This document shows positions 1-12,494 of a DNA stretch of 64,000 nt, one piece after another. Under the pieces are notes generated by a model that saw only the letters and a program-made list of their open reading frames with translations, was not told where the DNA came from and ran no database searches. The translations under genes were made by a program, and so were the position numbers. Source of the stretch: Octopus vulgaris (lineage: Eukaryota); NCBI GenBank assembly GCA_951406725.2, contig OX597820.1, forward strand, positions 4,774,001-4,838,000. Direction: 5' to 3'. How positions within the stretch are numbered: the stretch's first letter is position 1; every line of letters starts with the position of its first letter.

Positions 1-605
1 CGTCTTGGTTGAACGAAATGACTTTTACAGTCCTTCACAAAGCTAGGATCTGACGAGATGCTTATACGACATTCACCAGGAATTTCCAGACGTAATCTGG
101 ATCGGAATAGAAATGGCATCAAATTCCAAACTGTATAAAAAAGAGAATATTAAAAAAACCTTTCGTGTAGAAATTCTGAAATGTTATGTTGACAACGATC
201 CACAAGACATTGTCCTTCACTTGTGCACTTCACGGAAGATACGGGAATATCACAGTAGTTTTATTTACTAAGATGGCAAAGCGAATGCATTAATAGTAAC
301 GCGGGGTATCTAGGCAAAAGGATTTTAAAATTGTATATAGATAGCTTGTTTTAATTGTTGCATTTTATTGTGTATTTTTGGTTTTTGCATTCCGTTAAAA
401 AATTTGTGTCTTTTTATAAATCTTTAAAAGCAGTCTCATGAATATTGTAAAATGTTTTTCAATCCAGCCCTCGTCTTTGTATATTTTCTCCGCCACACCT
501 ACACCTCTTTGTAAAACCCTCTCTCTAAGGCTTGTTTTTTCGAAATATTTTTGTATCTCTGAGCTCTTTTGGTTATATATTATTATTATTATTATTATTA
601 TTATT

Positions 606-785
606 AAGGCGGTTATCGGCATTTCGCCCGTCGCTACGTTCTGAGTTCAAATTCCGCCGAAGTCAACTTTGCCTTTCATCCTTTCGGGGGTCGATAAATT
701 AAGTACCAGTCAAGCATTGGGGTTGATGTAATCGACTTATTTCCCCTCCTTAAAATTGCTGGCCTTGTACCAAAATTTGAAACCA
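606..785 (+). mobile_element. tRNA-derived SINE family A copy (head partly deleted)
   Basis: B-box-like gagttcaaattcc followed by the body gtc(g/a)actttgcctttcatcctttcggggtcgataaattaagtaccag, which recurs more than 20 times in the window. Confidence 0.85.
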
Positions 786-1359
786 TTATTATTAGAATGT
801 CAAAAATACCCAGAATCTGGTCACCCATGCCTTTAAGTTAACAAACTGCGTTGATAATTCGTTAAACAAACAACCATGAAACTTAGAGAGGAAGTGACCC
901 AAGTGAAATATTAAACGAGATTTGATTAGATTTGATTGAGTTGTGTTTTATCTTTTGTCGTAATATCTTAACGTTGAATCAGAGATTTCGGAAGCTGAGG
1001 ACTTTAACCTCCTAACACTTGAAACCTCTCCTCATTGTGTTGTGGTGACTTGTCAAACTATATCGGTTGTAAAATAGATTGTGAACTTTAACAGGAGATA
1101 ACAACTTGTTGTTGTTATTGCTGTTCGTCCCCAGGTCAGGCCTGATTTCGCACATTTATGAACAAATATATTGCCAAGCCTTCGTTATCCGGTCGATTTT
1201 TAAGGCATTGTGTACCCAAGGCTACATTATTCTAGATGCAACGTTTCTTTCTCTTTTGAGGATGGTAAGTTCTGTGTGAGTGGTCACGTAAAGGTGTGTT
1301 GGTCATTACAGTAATACAACACCGCTGTGCGTGTGTCGGGGAGAGAGAGAGAGAGAGTG

Positions 1360-1392
1360 CTTTTGGTCGGCGGAAACTAAAAGAAGCCCGTC

Positions 1393-1461
<69 letters not shown>

Positions 1462-1955
1462 TGTGTGGTGTGTATGACGGGCTTCTATTTACATATGTAT
1501 ATACAGGGTTGGCCAAAAGTCACCTGACAGTAAAACAACGTCCATTTAATTCCAAGATTAAAACAAAAAAATTATTTTATGAGATTTCTCTAATAAATTG
1601 ACAAATGTTGAAGAAAAAAGACAGTGATTTTAACTCACGGCATTCAATCATTAAACATTCATAATTGGAACGAATAAATAAAATTGAATATTAAATATTT
1701 ATAGAATTTTGAGTCAATGTCGGGTGACTTTTGGTCAAGCCTGTATATACATGTGTATGTTTTGTGCGTGTGCTTGCCCACCCCACGATTGCTTGACAAC
1801 CGATGTTGGTGGATTTACATCCCAGTAACTTAGCGGTTCGGCAAAATATTTCGACAGAATTAGAACTTACAAAGTCCTGGGGGTCGATTTGTTTGATTAA
1901 AGGCAGTGCTCCAGCATGGCCACAGTCAATGACTGAAACAAGCAAAAGAATAAAA
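1360..1955 (+). mobile_element. SINE family B copy, 5'-truncated, with a nested MITE
   Basis: cggaaactaaaagaagcccgtcg, internal (TA)n(TG)n, and tail gtgctccagcatggccacagtc match the full copy at 4548-5000. Confidence 0.8.
1504..1743. mobile_element. Tc1/mariner-type MITE
   Basis: TIRs cagggttggccaaaagtcacctgaca / tgtcgggtgacttttggtcaagcctg flanked by TA on both sides. Confidence 0.85.
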
Positions 1956-1964
1956 AATATATAT

Positions 1965-2100
1965 ACGACGGGCTTCTTTCAGTTTCCGTCAACCAAATCC
2001 ACTCACAAGGCATTGGTCGGTGCGGGGCTATAGTAGAAGACATTTGCCCAAGGTGCCACGCAGTGGGACTGAACATATAGTTGTAGAGCAAACTTCTTAT
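1965..2100 (-). mobile_element. SINE family B 5' half
   Basis: Reverse complement of the family B head and body (gcccaaggtgccacgcagtgggactgaac). Confidence 0.8.
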
Positions 2101-2120
2101 CCACAAGAAGAATAAACGCA

Positions 2121-2292
2121 TTAACCTTTTAAGGCCGGGTGTGGCTTTATTGACACACTGTTAAATTCTGAAGACGGGTGGAGGACATATTGTGTTATAA
2201 GCTATTTGATGGATTATCATCTTGTATCTTCTTGCTTTTTTTGCGTCCCGCATGAAAAGGCCAGCTATTTATACCTGATCTTAAAGGGTTAA
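2121..2292. mobile_element. piggyBac-type MITE
   Basis: ttaa|ccttttaag ... cttaaaggg|ttaa: short TIR with TTAA target-site duplication. Confidence 0.6.
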
Positions 2293-2769
2293 GAACAAGG
2301 TGAAAGGAAATATTAAATTCACATTATAAATTAACATTACAGATACAAGAAATTTCGAAATATCAGTTCTTAATTATTTTATCTGTAAACCGAGACAGGG
2401 ATACCAAGAGACAAAGCTGTAAATATTTATATGATAGTCTCTCTTCAACTTAGTGATGGCCACTACAGACGAAGGAGATAATAAATACTAGGACCAGGTT
2501 GTGACAAGGTTTGAGGGTCCAGAATATTTCGGGCTACGACATGGGGAGTGAGATTTCAACTACAAGATGCGTCTGTCTACGAGGACGAGGCGAAAGGATG
2601 AGGTTCTTGCCGTTAAAAGCCTAGATGGTTCTATTTCTGGGGTTTATTGACAATGATGAGAAGAACTAATAAATGATAAACTTGCTAAAAATTCTACCGA
2701 TTCAGTTTGCTAAAAAATAGGGCTCAATGAATACAGTTTAAATTTTCTTCTACAAAGACAACAGGAGAA

Positions 2770-3325
2770 GTTTCTTCTTCCAAATTTAGAATATTGACTG
2801 GCAAGGTGACAACTTCTAGTGTTTCTGTAACACAGAAGTTACATTTAGTGCCAAGTCGATTGCATGTCTTCGTTGTTAATGTACTTTATAGATGAATTCA
2901 CGATTTTTCTAAGTTGGACATTTTTTAAAAGTGAAGTAGAATGTCTTTTCGTTACGGTGTCTGAATGAATGTGTTGGTTGTGCGAATTGGGTCTTAAATT
3001 ACGTTTCCGTAAGTGTGATACTTTGTATTCATACAGTCCTCTGCTTCAACATCAGTTGCATATACTAGCTCCTAAAAGGCATCTGTTGCTTAGGAGGTAG
3101 CTTGTTGCATCTCTACAACTACATTCATTCAGCGGTTGATGTGTGGTGCGTCACTACTTTGTTGAGATTAAGAATTTAGATACAACTATACTTAACGTCA
3201 ATTGTATTGCTATTAAAGATTTTCCTATATCTATATCTGGTGGCAAAATGTATTCTTCAAACAATTCTCTAATGTTAATTTATGTTAAAACGCACATTTA
3301 AATTACATGGTGGATTGAACCATAT
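2770..3325 (-). pseudogene. Degenerate Penelope-like element fragment (linker and GIY-YIG region)
   Basis: Manual minus-strand translation across frameshifts gives WFNPP, RKIFNSNTIDVKYSC, CSCRDATSYLLSNRCL, FKTQFAQPTHSFRH and CNFCVTE, in the order of PLE motifs WFNPP/KIFN..T.KVSYSC/CNCR...CPL..C/FK.R..H..SFRH/C.LC..E. Confidence 0.75.
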
Positions 3326-3529
3326 AAATAACTTACTATTCAATCTAATAAGTCTAACAAAGGTAGTTTTAATGAAACTAATCGTCTTGCTAAAACTGCT
3401 TCTCCTTAATATAATATTTAAGAAGGGGCAGCTCTGTTAAATATGTCTGAAGATAAGCTGGATTTACTCCTAGTTATATAACCGACTATATGTTTAACTG
3501 GGTGGTTGGAGCTTTTGCTGGTTTAGACG

Positions 3530-3579
<50 letters not shown>

Positions 3580-3594
3580 TTGCGCACGCTGCAT

Positions 3595-3755
3595 GACCGG
3601 CTTCTTTCAGATTCCGTCTACCAAATCCACTCACGAGGCTTTGGTCGGTCCGGAACTGTAGTAGAAGATATTTACTCAAGGTCTCACGCAGTGGGACTGA
3701 ACCCGCAACCATATGATTCGGAAGCACGCTTCTTATCACACAGCTGCGCCTTGCA
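3595..3755 (-). mobile_element. SINE family B 5' half
   Basis: Reverse complement match to the head of the 4548-5000 copy. Confidence 0.75.
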
Positions 3756-3797
3756 TATGTATATATATTCATACATATTCATATATGCATCCATATA

Positions 3798-3855
<58 letters not shown>

Positions 3856-4111
3856 TTCGCAACGTAGAGTAGATGAAACCTTTAGCGACTGAAGAAGGGG
3901 TTTTTTCTTTGTGTTAATTGTCCTGTACTCTATTTTTTTGCTTTTTTTAAATAAATGTCCAGTTCCTTTGGTTTGTGTCTATGTTTTCATTTCTCATTGT
4001 GTTCGACGTCCTTTTGGTGTCCTGTACTCATATATGCGTGTATATGTACATGTAGAGGTAGGTACGTACATATATATTTATATATATGCATATGTTTTAT
4101 TTTATTTATTA

Positions 4112-4159
<48 letters not shown>

Positions 4160-4547
4160 ATATAATAAGATATTATAATAAATTGTTGATGTATTAAGAT
4201 ATATTAAATGCATAATATAGGTGGGCCATTAGCAATTAAAAATCAAAAAGGAATTAATAAAAGAGAGTGCGAAATAGCACCGGCGATTGTTAGAAATGAG
4301 AGTCAAAATTTAACTCGGAAAGCCACTAAAAACACTAACCTCATGATATTTCCGGGATTCGCGCACACCGAGCTAAACGATCTTTCCATTGCGAGATAAA
4401 CACACACACACACACATATATATATAAGAATTAAGGTATAAACTCAAATTAAGCAATCATACTCATGCAGTTACAAATTCGACTTAAAATGCACATGCAT
4501 TTATTAACACGTATCGACACATGAATATATAAACATTTTTTATAAAA

Positions 4548-4718
4548 TAGGAGTGGCTGTGTGGTAAGTAGCTTGCTAACCAACCACATGGTTCCGGGTT
4601 CAGTCCCATTGCGTGGCATCTTGGGCAAGTGTCTTCTGCTATAGCCCCGGGCCGACCAATGCCTTGTAAGTGGATTTGGTAGACGGAAACTGAAAGAAGC
4701 CCGTCGTATGTATGTATG

Positions 4719-4766
<48 letters not shown>

Positions 4767-5000
4767 GTGTGTGTGTGTGTGTGTGTTTGTGTGTCTGTGT
4801 TTGTCCCCCTAGCATTGCTTGACAACCGATGCTAGTGTGTTTACGTCCCCGTCACTTAGCGGTTCGGCAAAAGAGACCGATAGAATAAGTACTGGGCTTA
4901 CAAAAAGAATAAGTCCCGGGGGTCGATTTGCTCGACTAAAGGCGGTGCTCCAGCATGGCCGCAGTCAAATGACTGAAACAAGTAAAGAGAGTAAAAGAGT
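4548..5000 (+). mobile_element. Full-length tRNA-derived SINE family B with internal microsatellite
   Basis: A-box tggctgtgtggt, B-box-like ggttcagtccc, CORE-like gcatcttgggcaagtg, internal (TA)n(TG)n, and an A-rich tail. Confidence 0.85.
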
Positions 5001-5223
5001 ATATTTATAAATATACATAAAATGTATGTAAATAAAACCCATGTGGGATACGTATGGAAGGAAGTGTGAGAAAAAGAGAATGATAGAAATTTTTTGGGAC
5101 TAAAATTAAGGGCGGTTAAGAGTTTCAATTAAAAGGTCCATAGAATTCGATGTGTTTTTTTAATAAAAATATATATAAATGGTAATATAAGGTATATAAT
5201 ACAGTTCGAGGAAGTCCACTTTC

Positions 5224-5540
5224 TACGGCCGTTTCTAGAGTTCATGTCCTGGTCGAAAAATAAATAGAACTCTTACAAACCATGCGGACAATTCATGTGT
5301 ATTTATGTGTGTGTGTGTAGAATTTATTTATGTAGCTGATTAAGGTGGTACGCATTGGTTGCACGTTGAAGTTGTGTGGTTATTCCATTATATTTTTGTT
5401 ACAGATAGAAGATAGGACTTGATGTAGGAGCATTCCATGAAAATCTCATTCTTATTGTTCAGGCATATATTTTTGGATTTTAACCCCAGTAATATCCGGA
5501 ATATTTTAATAATATATGTAACAATGAGGACAGACTGACA
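5224..5540 (-). pseudogene. Penelope-like element 3' end relic with degenerate hammerhead
   Basis: Minus translation ...CLNNKNEIFMECSY resembles the PLE C-terminus LNKRSE..SKCRH. Downstream lie a gagttc/gaactc stem and GAAACGGCCGUA. Confidence 0.55.
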
Positions 5541-5789
5541 CACGCACATGTTATGGAGGGGGATGAGGAGGAAGGAGAGAGGTAAGGTAGGAGAAGGGGG
5601 GGTTCATGTATAGGTTGTGTAAGGGTGGGGTTAAACAGAAGCTCCAGGACAATTCGGATCGATCAGTTTTTTTTATCCAATATGTAGTCATACCAGGAAC
5701 GACCAAAATCTGCCACAAAGCAAAAGAAAAAAAAAGAAAAGAAAGAAAAATATAGTAAAATAAAAACATAAAAAGAACAATGGCATACT

Positions 5790-6369
5790 TTTGTACTCTA
5801 GGCACAAGACCCGAAATTTTTGGAGATGGGGAGCCAGTTGATTAGATCGACCTCAGTACGCAACTGGTACTTAATTTACCGAGCCCGAAAGAATGAAAGG
5901 CAAAGTCGACCTCGGCGGAATTTGAACTCAGAACGTAAAGAGACGAAATACCTATTTCTTTACTACCCACAAGGGGCTAAACATAGAGGGGACAAACAAG
6001 GACAGACAAACGGATTAAGTCGATTACATCGACCCCAGTGTGTAACTGGTACTTATTTAATCGACCCCGAAAGGATGAAAGGCAAAGTCGACCTCGGCAG
6101 AATTTGAACTCAGAACGTATCGGCAGACGAAATACCTATTTCATTATTACCCACAAGGGGCTAAACATAGAGGGGACAAACAAGGACAGACAAACGGATT
6201 AAGTCGATTACATCGACCCCAGTGTGTAACTGGTACTTATTTAATCGACCCCGAAAGGATGAAAGGCAAAGTCGACCTCGGCGGAATTTGAACTCAGAAC
6301 GTAACGGCAGACGAAATACCGCTCAGCATTTCGTCCGGCGTGCTAACGTTTCTGCCAGCTCGCCGCCTT
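5790..6369 (-). mobile_element. SINE family A head-to-tail multimer (~3 units, ~182-bp period)
   Basis: Repeated aaggatgaaaggcaaagtcgacctcggcggaatttgaactcagaacgt; only the rightmost unit has the complete head. Confidence 0.9.
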
Positions 6370-7169
6370 CAGAACAATGACATACTGACACATCACTGCA
6401 CTCCTTCAGGAATAAACAAGGCTGTACACACCCGAGGGACATGCAAGTGCACGGGTGGTACGGTTGAGACTAGCAGGAGACGGTTGAATACGCAACACTA
6501 CCACCACCACCACCACCAATAATAATAATAATAATAATAATGTCTTTTATTGGACACAAGGGCTCAAGATATTGAGGGCGGTGTCAAAGGACGAAGCACA
6601 ACACACAAAGTGATGTGGGTTTTATATAGATCAAAAAGGAAAACAACAACAACAAATAAACAGATAATAACAACAACAATAACAATAAAAGTTCTTTTTC
6701 TGTAATCAGAGAGGTTAGTGACATACAACACCATTGGTATATAGAAGCTGTGAAACGTTGTTAGCGTAGTGACGGTTTACAAAGACGCGTGGGAGAGGAC
6801 AAACAAGTTATAAAAGAACGAAGGAAAGGATGGAAAGTGGAATACAATGGCCGTGGGGACAAGTTTCTAAAAATACATTTTAAAAAAAGAAAATCACGTA
6901 ATTATATTGAATAATAAAAAAAGAGTGTAGCAGTAATTAAAAACAAGATTTAGTTTGTTTTTGTTTTTAAGGGACAAACTGCTTACACAAAGGAAAACTT
7001 CCAGCTGTGTTGATCAGAGCACCGCACACTGTTGTGATTCTATATCATCTCCATTTTGCCCCCCAAGAACTGAAGATGGTCGATTCAAAATTTTCTGTGA
7101 GAAATGCCTAGATTAAAGTGGGTAAGTAAAGGCCCACATGTTATAGATAGTTGACTTGTAAGACAGGGT

Positions 7170-7345
7170 AAAACTTACGGAAGCAGAATTTGTCCCTAAT
7201 GTGTGACATAAAGTAAACTTTAGAAGGGACAGCACCTGCTCCTACTGTGTGACATGAAGTAAAACCTAATAAGGAGGCAGCACTTGTCCGTACTGTGTAA
7301 CATAACGCAAACCTTAGAGGGGACAGCATCTGTCCCTACTGTACA
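7170..7345. repeat. Degenerate ~46-bp minisatellite, ~4 units
   Basis: Units resemble aaacttagaagggacagcacctgtccctactgtgtgacataaagt. Confidence 0.7.
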
Positions 7346-8239
7346 AGAGAGGTGTCGATAAAACAATATAAACTTTCGAGACTGTATCATTGGCTGTGAA
7401 TACGTTCGCTCAGTAAAAGGCGGAATTCTAAACCACGAATTGTTTAGGGATATTTTTTCGAGATTATAACAAGGGACAAACGAAAAAGAAATGATGGACG
7501 TATAAAACAACAACGGATGGCCACAAGAGAAATGTTTGTAGAGATGTTGTAGAATATATATTAAAGGTTATTTCTGTTTAACCCTTGGACATTTCTGAGA
7601 GAGAAGACCTATGGTCAAAGGCCTTCCAAACGTGATCGTCTATCTTTATTCATTCAATAAATTTAGAAGTTCATTGTCTGATATATCGGTTAGAAATTAA
7701 TCGCAGTTGTTGATGTGTATATTTAACCCTGGGCTAACCATGATCCAGCACATTCCAAACATGATCATTTAAGTTTAGTTTTATCACACCCTGTCTGTCT
7801 GTCCATCCAACCGTCCTGTCTGTCTATATTTATCTGTCAGTCTGTTTGTCAATCTATTTCATACTTCCTTCACTTCACTCCCCCACTCCCCTCCATCCAC
7901 CCACACGCGTTCCCACCCTGTACTCCCCCCCACCATCCACTAATGGACACTTCCCATTCACACAGCAACTACAGCTACACCAAGCTACACCACTCGGTTC
8001 ACACATTTTAAATACACATGTTTAACCATGTGCTCCTCTATTTCCCTCGGATTCTCTCTCACACACACACAGATCTGTGTGTGTGAGCCTATATATGTAA
8101 ATATTTATGTGTGTGTGTGTATCTCTCTCTTTCTCTCTCTTTCCGTCTTCACGTCTGCCAATCCCCTCATCGCACCCATGTCTGGACTGATTGAAGGCTA
8201 TCATCTCATTTATCTCCCCACCCACCTTTCTTCCACATC

Positions 8240-9230
8240 TGTAGTCGTCCCATTCAGGGTTTTTTCCCAACATAATTCTGTTTTTTTTTTCTTCCGTACC
8301 ATTCGTCCTATTAACGTGACCAAACAATTATTACCTGTTATTCAACAATCAATACCTCTGAACTATTCCAACGCTCCACTGATTGCAATATCGATCTCTT
8401 CTTATTTCCATCCACTTAAAATCTGAAGGAATTTTCTTCAACACCCGGATCAAATCCTTCAGTTTTCCTTCTGTCTTGTTTGTTAATTGTCCAGTTTTCA
8501 CATCTATGTCTCATTACTGTTCTAAGTTACGCATCACAGATACTCTGGGATGCATCGTCAGTGAGGTTTCTGGGGTCTTACGAAGTTTCGGATTTCTCAG
8601 CATCAGACCCACTCGTCTAGTTGTCTCAATCCGAGGTTGATCAAGTCCCAACTGGCATCTCAGGAGCAGCAAACCATTGATCCACCCTCTTTTTCCAAAT
8701 CCACCAAATGGGTTTTTTCTGCAGCTTCGATATTGGAATGTCTGGCCCTTAACTTTGCAGCACCAGTAAGTCCAACCATAATCAGAGTTGTGCAGAGTGA
8801 ACGTCTCACAAAATCTCAGCAGCCTACTTCAATTGGCTGACAACGTATCCACCAGGCTTTGGCCTCCCAAATCTAGGCCTTTAGCTTTTACCGAATGCTC
8901 CAATTGTCTTTGTGTTCTGCTTGTTAATTGTCCAGATTCCACACTCATACATTATTCATTATTCATATACCGTTAACCTAACAAAGCTCTCCTTTGTTCT
9001 TTGAGACACACCTTTATCTTTTAGGCCAAGATCTATTCTTACTTCAATATTTCTGTTAACTTCCACTTATTTCAGCCTTGGATTGGTAAAAGGTAAACTC
9101 ATGAACTACTTCCACCGTCTGATTCCTTATCGTCAAAAGAAGATGTACACTTCTACTCAAAGTTTGAAGCAGAGTTGGATTAAAGAAGGCATATCTTTGA
9201 TTAGGCTGTGAAGGCGATGAAAGGACCTGG
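8240..9230 (-). pseudogene. RTE-like LINE relic (RT C-terminal part) interrupted by a HERO-like fragment
   Basis: Minus-strand peptides IRNQTVEVVHEFTF...EISGS and FGHVNR resemble the RTE VEVV.EF.YLGS and WFGHV.R motifs. Confidence 0.5.
8545..8880 (-). pseudogene. HERO-clade (RLE) LINE 3' end relic
   Basis: Minus translation WIRCQPIEVGC*DFVRRSL...VGLTGAAKLRA...IEAAEK matches the recalled HERO C-terminal motif PIEVGCRGF...LG.TG...EAAEKAS. The 3' UTR resembles HERO gatcaacc...gaaac...cactgaNgatg. Confidence 0.65.
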
Positions 9231-9598
9231 ATAAACATAACTGATTGATTAATTGAATGATTAATAAAGGTAACTAATCGATTAGTTTATTGGTTAAATA
9301 TTTAACCAATTCATAAATCATGAAGTGAAATAAAACCAGTGCATATGCTTACTGGCATTATGACCTTACCGAGATACAAAAATAAGTATTAACACGCGTG
9401 ATCATGCAAACCAAGTGCAAAAACGATATATAATTGTGTGTGAATATATATATATATAATGAATTCCTCAAGAGTGCATGAATACTCCTCCTCTAAGAAT
9501 CTCGTATTTAATATAAACAACACTTTTTGATGTATTGGCTACTTTAATAGTGGTTGTTTTCATTTCTAATAGATTCTCTATGTACACGTACACACACG

Positions 9599-9639
<41 letters not shown>

Positions 9640-9963
9640 TGTACACGTAAATACACGATATTTATCTATCTTTATCTATCTATACATACACATGTTTTTA
9701 TATATTATTATTATTATTATTTATATAAAGCAAAAAGCATGCAGACAAACATATATTGTTGTTCTTTTATATCTGATGGAATCTATATTCTTTAGTTGCC
9801 GATAAAACAGTTTGGCCGTGACATGTCTGATGGACAAGATTAGCTTAATGTCACTCGTGAAACGGGATTCGGTTTGAAAACAAGAATATTAGGCAGAAAA
9901 TAGAAGAAATCTTATTGAACGCAGAAATTAGAGTTCTACAAAGTTCTAATGACGTTCCCTGAA

Positions 9964-10191
9964 TATGTATGTATGTATGTATGTATGTGTGTATGTGTGT
10001 ATGTGTGTATGTGTGTATGTGTGTATGTATGTATGTATGTATGTGTGTATGTGTGTATGTGTGTAATGTATGTATGTATGTATGTGTGTGTATGTATGTA
10101 TGTATGTATGTATGTATGTATGTATGTATGTATGTATGTATGTATGTATGTATGTATGTATGTATGTATGTATGTATGTATGTATGTATGT
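9964..10191. repeat. (TATG)n/(TG)n microsatellite
   Basis: Direct reading. Confidence 0.95.
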
Positions 10192-10302
10192 AGTCAATCC
10201 CAAACATGAACAAGCTAGAAAAAAACAACACCGCGAGGACGTGGAACAAGTACAGTGTTATTGGACGCTCAGGAAAGGAAAGAAAAGAAAGAAAGAGGAT
10301 TT

Positions 10303-10330
10303 CATGTTTCGAGCAGATATTCTTCATCAG
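10303..10330 (-). ncRNA. Degenerate minimal hammerhead (short PLE-type family)
   Basis: Minus strand CUGAUGA-A-GAAUAUCUGCUC-GAAAC-AUG: intact 5' core, damaged stem II and cleavage triplet. Confidence 0.45.
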
Positions 10331-10641
10331 AAATATAGAAAAAGTTCAAAGAAGGAAGACGGAGAAAGAAAATCGCCAACGATACACACGGTCACATATT
10401 GAAATGACCGGAAGGGAATGGGTGAAGAAAAAGTTCTAAGACAGGAGAGTGCAAGAGAAGGAGGTATGTGTGTGTGTATGTGTAGCTATGTGCGTGTGCA
10501 CAGGTCTGTGTGTGTAATGATAGCACGTGTATGTGTGTGTGTGTTGCTATGTGTGTGTGGTTGGACTTTGTGTCGCTTGTATGTATGAATGTGTGTGTGT
10601 ATGTATGTATGCATGCAAAGTGTGTGTGTGTATTTGTGTGC

Positions 10642-10723
<82 letters not shown>

Positions 10724-11498
10724 CATGTATTTCATTCTATGATAAAAATGAAGGGTGCAAAGAGAAACACCAAAGTCCCTTGTTGTATTTGATCTGCCCC
10801 GAGTTGTAAACGCTCCTTTCTCGTAAAAACGTTCCTGCCCCTTATCCCCACGACCCATGCCCATACCATCACCCAACGGCCGTGTTCTGCACCTTCACTC
10901 CTACGACCGTTCCTGCAGCTTCACCCGTGCCTACCTTAGCAACAGAGCCAGGCCCGGTCGCACCTGAAGCAATAAAATGGTAATTAGAGATCAAATCGCT
11001 TATGAAGGCCAACATATGTAGAATAATAACATTTGCTATGGTTCGAGCATAAATTCATGGCGGGAGATGGCACAGTTGAAATCATCATCATCATCACCAC
11101 CACCACCATCACCATCACCAACATCATCATCATAGTATCAAGAGATGTTATTAGTTATATATGACAGATGAGAAATATTTATCGCCTCTCTTTGACGTTT
11201 ATCTAAATCCAGAAATTATAACCCGTTGTCTATCTTTATGTCACATTAGGAACAGACGTATAATGCGGCGTGCCAACCGTTGTGGGCACCTACTTTTCAC
11301 AGATACACACATATATAGACATGTGTATATTTATACAGACAACACACACACACACACACACACACGTATACATACATATGAATCATACACACACTTTATG
11401 CGTGTACAACATATATCATTTCTATAAGAGAAACTATTTCAATACATACACGATTCATACAGATGTACTGTAATAAATTATGATTCCTACATATGTGT

Positions 11499-11541
<43 letters not shown>

Positions 11542-12049
11542 AGTCTGTATATGTATGGGTTTGTGTGTGTGTGTGTGTGTATACGTTAATACATATCTAA
11601 CCACACATACACACTGCATCAACCATGAATATGTTGACCTAGTAAAACATCACACACACACACAGACACACTCACACAATGTGTACACGTAAAACACGCA
11701 TCTCCATCTCTTCACATATATAGTTATGTGTGTGTGCGTGCGTGCGTGCGTGCGTGCGCGTGTGCGTGTTTCTATGGAAGCACATAAGTGCAAAAAAGTA
11801 GGAAGAGAGAAAACTATCGAATCTTGGGTTTCGTGCATTGTTGGTGCAGTCCGTGTCTACCAGCCACGACCTGGCATTGGCGTATCGAAGGATGCAGAAG
11901 GTGTTCGGCCAACAGAAGTGGGGTCACTTTATATATGGTTATTTGTTAGAATGGAAAATAATGTAACATCAGGAAGGGAGCGGTCAGTTTTGGCTGACGT
12001 GGGTGGGGACCAAATTCCTCGCCATGCTGCCCAGCTGTCAAGTGTCTTC

Positions 12050-12494
12050 GGATCTTTTCGGTTTGAACGGCAGTTTTTTCTAGCAGTTTCATATGAAATT
12101 ATCACCCATAATTATGACCCTAGTGTCTATCTATTGCATTTCAATCTGTTTTAGGGTTAGGGTTAGAGTTAGTTAGGGTTAGGGGTAGGTTAGGGGGTGG
12201 GGGAAGGGTATCTTTTTTTCTTCAGAAATGTAAATAAACCCAATCTGTTTCTTAAACGAGCGACATATTCATACGGCACAGAATGTTTTCACCTCAATGG
12301 ACGTTATTGATTGGTTGAAATTGCAGAAATTGAAGAAAAAACAACAACAAATACCTTACAAACTATAGAATTTTCTCAATAAAGCCAAGAGAAAAAGATG
12401 TTTTATAAACACATTCTACCAGTTCACGAAGTTTAAAAGTGTTTAGTTACGTGGAAATTATTTTTAAAAACTGCCGGTCAAACCGAAAAGATCC
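12050..12494. mobile_element. Non-autonomous DNA transposon with ~29-bp TIRs and internal TTAGGG repeats (Merlin-like?)
   Basis: ggatcttttcggtttgaacggcagttttt / aaaaactgccggtcaaaccgaaaagatcc; flanks gtgtcttc vs atgttttc match 6/8 as a possible 8-bp TSD; ttagggttaggg at 12151-12195. Confidence 0.8.

Noticed and set aside
47-271. Open frame DLTRCLYDIHQEFPDVIW... at the window start
   Set aside because: Bounded by stops, family not recognised, probably a TE relic
8555-8589. GAAAC..GUA...CUGACGA in the HERO 3' UTR (type II hammerhead order)
   Set aside because: No stem I hairpin or stem II pairing could be built
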